This document shows positions 62,511 to 64,000 of a stretch of DNA of 64,000 bases, in pieces. How positions within the stretch are numbered: position 1 is the stretch's first letter; each line of letters opens with the position of its first letter. Origin of the DNA: Ruminococcus sp. GTDB lineage: Bacteria; Bacillota; Clostridia; Oscillospirales; Acutalibacteraceae. The position numbers and the translations under genes are program-made. The DNA is taken from NCBI GenBank assembly GCA_045133455.1, contig JBGUUJ010000035.1, positions 2,550-66,549 on the forward strand, in the 5' to 3' direction. The notes below the pieces were generated by a model. It was not told the origin of the DNA. It saw only the letters and a list, made by a program, of their open reading frames with translations, and searched no databases.

Positions 62511-63227
62511 ATGTATTCCAATCATCATAGTTCCGTAGATCCTAACAACGGTAATGTATCCTGGGAAGGAGACCTTTCTATCGAAAAAGGCGATCATTCC
62601 CACATGCCTGGCCGTACAGACGCATATCTGCCTGGAGATGAGAGAGGTCATGTCAATGCTTCTTCTTTGGGTGGAACTAACACCACTGATAACATAGTTG
62701 CTCAGCACTATGATGTTAATCACGGAGCTTATTACTCCATGGAGCAGGGCGAACGCACGGCGCTTCAGAATGGGGCTGCTATTGATTCGTCCAAAACAGC
62801 TATCGTGAACGCGAATCCCGGTGATAGGCCGGAAGCGTTTATGGTTTCTGATAACGTGACTTATTCGGATGGTCATACAGAATCCGTTCATCATTCCTTT
62901 ACTAATGCCAGTTATGCAGAACAGCAGGCATGGAATGACCAGTCCGTTGCGTTACCGGATACTTTTGATGCCCCTAATCCAGGAGATACTCTCAGCAGCT
63001 CCATGAGCAGCGGTGAATATGCTGATCTTATGGAAAATACGGACGCTGAATTGCCTGGTATTGCTGAAGATTATGCGGCTGCTGACTTCAGCGGTACGCC
63101 AAATACTGATTCGGTTGCCTTTGTTTCCGAGAGCAATGCTTCAGACGGAGAAACCTCAGATACGGCTTCAGACGCAACAGTGTCTGAAGATGAGGGCAGC
63201 GGTGCTGATTGTAGCTTAGACGATTAG
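62511..63227 (+). CDS. DNA/RNA non-specific endonuclease-like (beta-beta-alpha-Me) domain protein with acidic C-terminal tail
   Basis: GDERGHVNASSLGG...DNIVAQHYDVNHGAYYSMEQ resembles the DRGH...N...N...E nuclease pattern; last ~90 aa rich in D/E/S. Confidence 0.45.
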   Translation: MYSNHHSSVDPNNGNVSWEGDLSIEKGDHSHMPGRTDAYLPGDERGHVNASSLGGTNTTDNIVAQHYDVNHGAYYSMEQGERTALQNGAAIDSSKTAIVNANPGDRPEAFMVSDNVTYSDGHTESVHHSFTNASYAEQQAWNDQSVALPDTFDAPNPGDTLSSSMSSGEYADLMENTDAELPGIAEDYAAADFSGTPNTDSVAFVSESNASDGETSDTASDATVSEDEGSGADCSLDD

Positions 63228-63240
63228 AGGGAGGGCAAGT

Positions 63241-64000
63241 ATGATATATGATTTTCCGTGTATGAATCGGGGTAAAACAGTTCCTCAGTGGCCTGTGGGT
63301 GTCGGAGGCATACCAGCAGTCCTTCCTGATGGCACTTTGGTTAACCTTCCTGTTCTGAAAGGCGTCAATGTGATTACATACGGCGTAGTTGGCACTGGCA
63401 AAACACGTTCTTATACAACGAATGCCGCTGAAATCCTTCTGTCATCCGTACCAGACATGAGGGGGGTGTTCTTTGAAATCAAGAACTCATTCATCAAACA
63501 CTTCCTGGGGGATGATGATAAAGTCATTACTCACAATCCCAGAGTCGTACCGGGCAAAAATCTGTTTATCCCCAATATCATCAAGGAAATTCGACAAGCA
63601 TCTGATTCTGAAGCAGAGATGAGAGAAATAGCTGACTTTCTGTTTGCAGAGCTTCTCTCCGGAGCCAATCAGAACCGAGCATGGATCGAAGCCGCACGTA
63701 ATACATTTATTGGCGTGTTACGTACAATTGTTGATTGTTATCCTAACGCAGATACAGGTAATTGGACTTTGGTAAATGCTCTGCGTCGAATGACGACAAA
63801 GGAGCTTCTTGCATATTTGGCACGACACCCTCGTAACCACTCCATGCTTCGTAAGGATTGGGGCTTTGATCCTATGTGTAAGGATGACTATGAGACAACT
63901 CGCCGTTCTGCAGATATTCAGTTCTTTTTGAATGCAGTGTTGGAGATGTTTTCTGGCAGCTTTGAAATGGACGGAGAGGATACGATTCGTGACTGGCTGA
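63241..64000 (+). CDS. type IV coupling protein-like P-loop ATPase (VirD4/TraG-like), 3' end outside window
   Basis: Walker A YGVVGTGKTRS; NQNRAWIEAARNTFIGVL resembles T4CP all-alpha region; ORF open to the window end. Confidence 0.55.
   Translation, partial: MIYDFPCMNRGKTVPQWPVGVGGIPAVLPDGTLVNLPVLKGVNVITYGVVGTGKTRSYTTNAAEILLSSVPDMRGVFFEIKNSFIKHFLGDDDKVITHNPRVVPGKNLFIPNIIKEIRQASDSEAEMREIADFLFAELLSGANQNRAWIEAARNTFIGVLRTIVDCYPNADTGNWTLVNALRRMTTKELLAYLARHPRNHSMLRKDWGFDPMCKDDYETTRRSADIQFFLNAVLEMFSGSFEMDGEDTIRDWL

Larger units (their letters stand above)
57071..64000 (+). mobile_element. left part of a conjugative-element (ICE/plasmid-like) module; extends beyond the window
   Basis: XRE + SprT-like protease + unknown ORFs + OmpA-like lipoprotein + nuclease-like protein + P-loop coupling-protein-like gene, all co-oriented. 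Confidence 0.55.

Noticed and set aside
1-64000. tRNA, rRNA and tmRNA genes and CRISPR arrays.
   Set aside because: No cloverleaf-compatible segments, rRNA-like conserved blocks or regularly spaced short direct repeats were seen in any intergenic region.

Overview
64-kb accessory region. RBSs are strongly GGAGG-type and the protein families are typical of Clostridia-like Firmicutes; the taxon is an inference. All domain calls come from motif recognition by eye, and no searches were run. No rRNA, tRNA or CRISPR array was seen. There are four blocks. (1) 1-9237: a LlaJI-type restriction-modification operon with two C5-MTases, a McrB-like GTPase with a long N-terminal extension, and a McrC/LlaJI-R2-like nuclease. 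It is followed in the same orientation by an ImmA/IrrE(M78)-HTH fusion protein and an unknown 342-aa protein. (2) ~9376-50633: a complete-looking siphovirus-type prophage. Early and replication genes are a sigma-like regulator, Bro antirepressor, VirE primase-helicase, VRR-NUC, an SNF2 helicase with a frameshift in motif I, and DUF1492. Packaging genes are HNH, TerS, a ParB-MTase, an RHH/SLOG/DUF4314/amidoligase/GGCT accessory module, and TerL. Structural and lysis genes are portal, ClpP protease, HK97 capsid, tail genes with the G/GT frameshift, tape measure, Dit/Tal, holin and amidase endolysin. A DUF2800/DUF2815/PolA module and three serine-recombinase-family genes sit at the right end. The prophage also carries three AT-rich morons with their own promoters, two tandem structured leader elements at its left end, and a thrice-repeated boxA/boxB-like RNA motif at module junctions. 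(3) 50634-56996: an AT-rich three-gene cassette (1446-aa LRR/pseudokinase protein, small HTH, P-loop-kinase protein). Both large proteins end in a paralogous Rx4H (HEPN-like) module. This is my best candidate for an undescribed defence system. (4) 57071-64000: the start of a conjugative-element module (XRE, SprT-like protease, unknown ORFs, OmpA-like lipoprotein, nuclease-like protein, partial coupling protein). It contains two tandem type III hammerhead ribozyme motifs inside a ~365-nt structured non-coding stretch.
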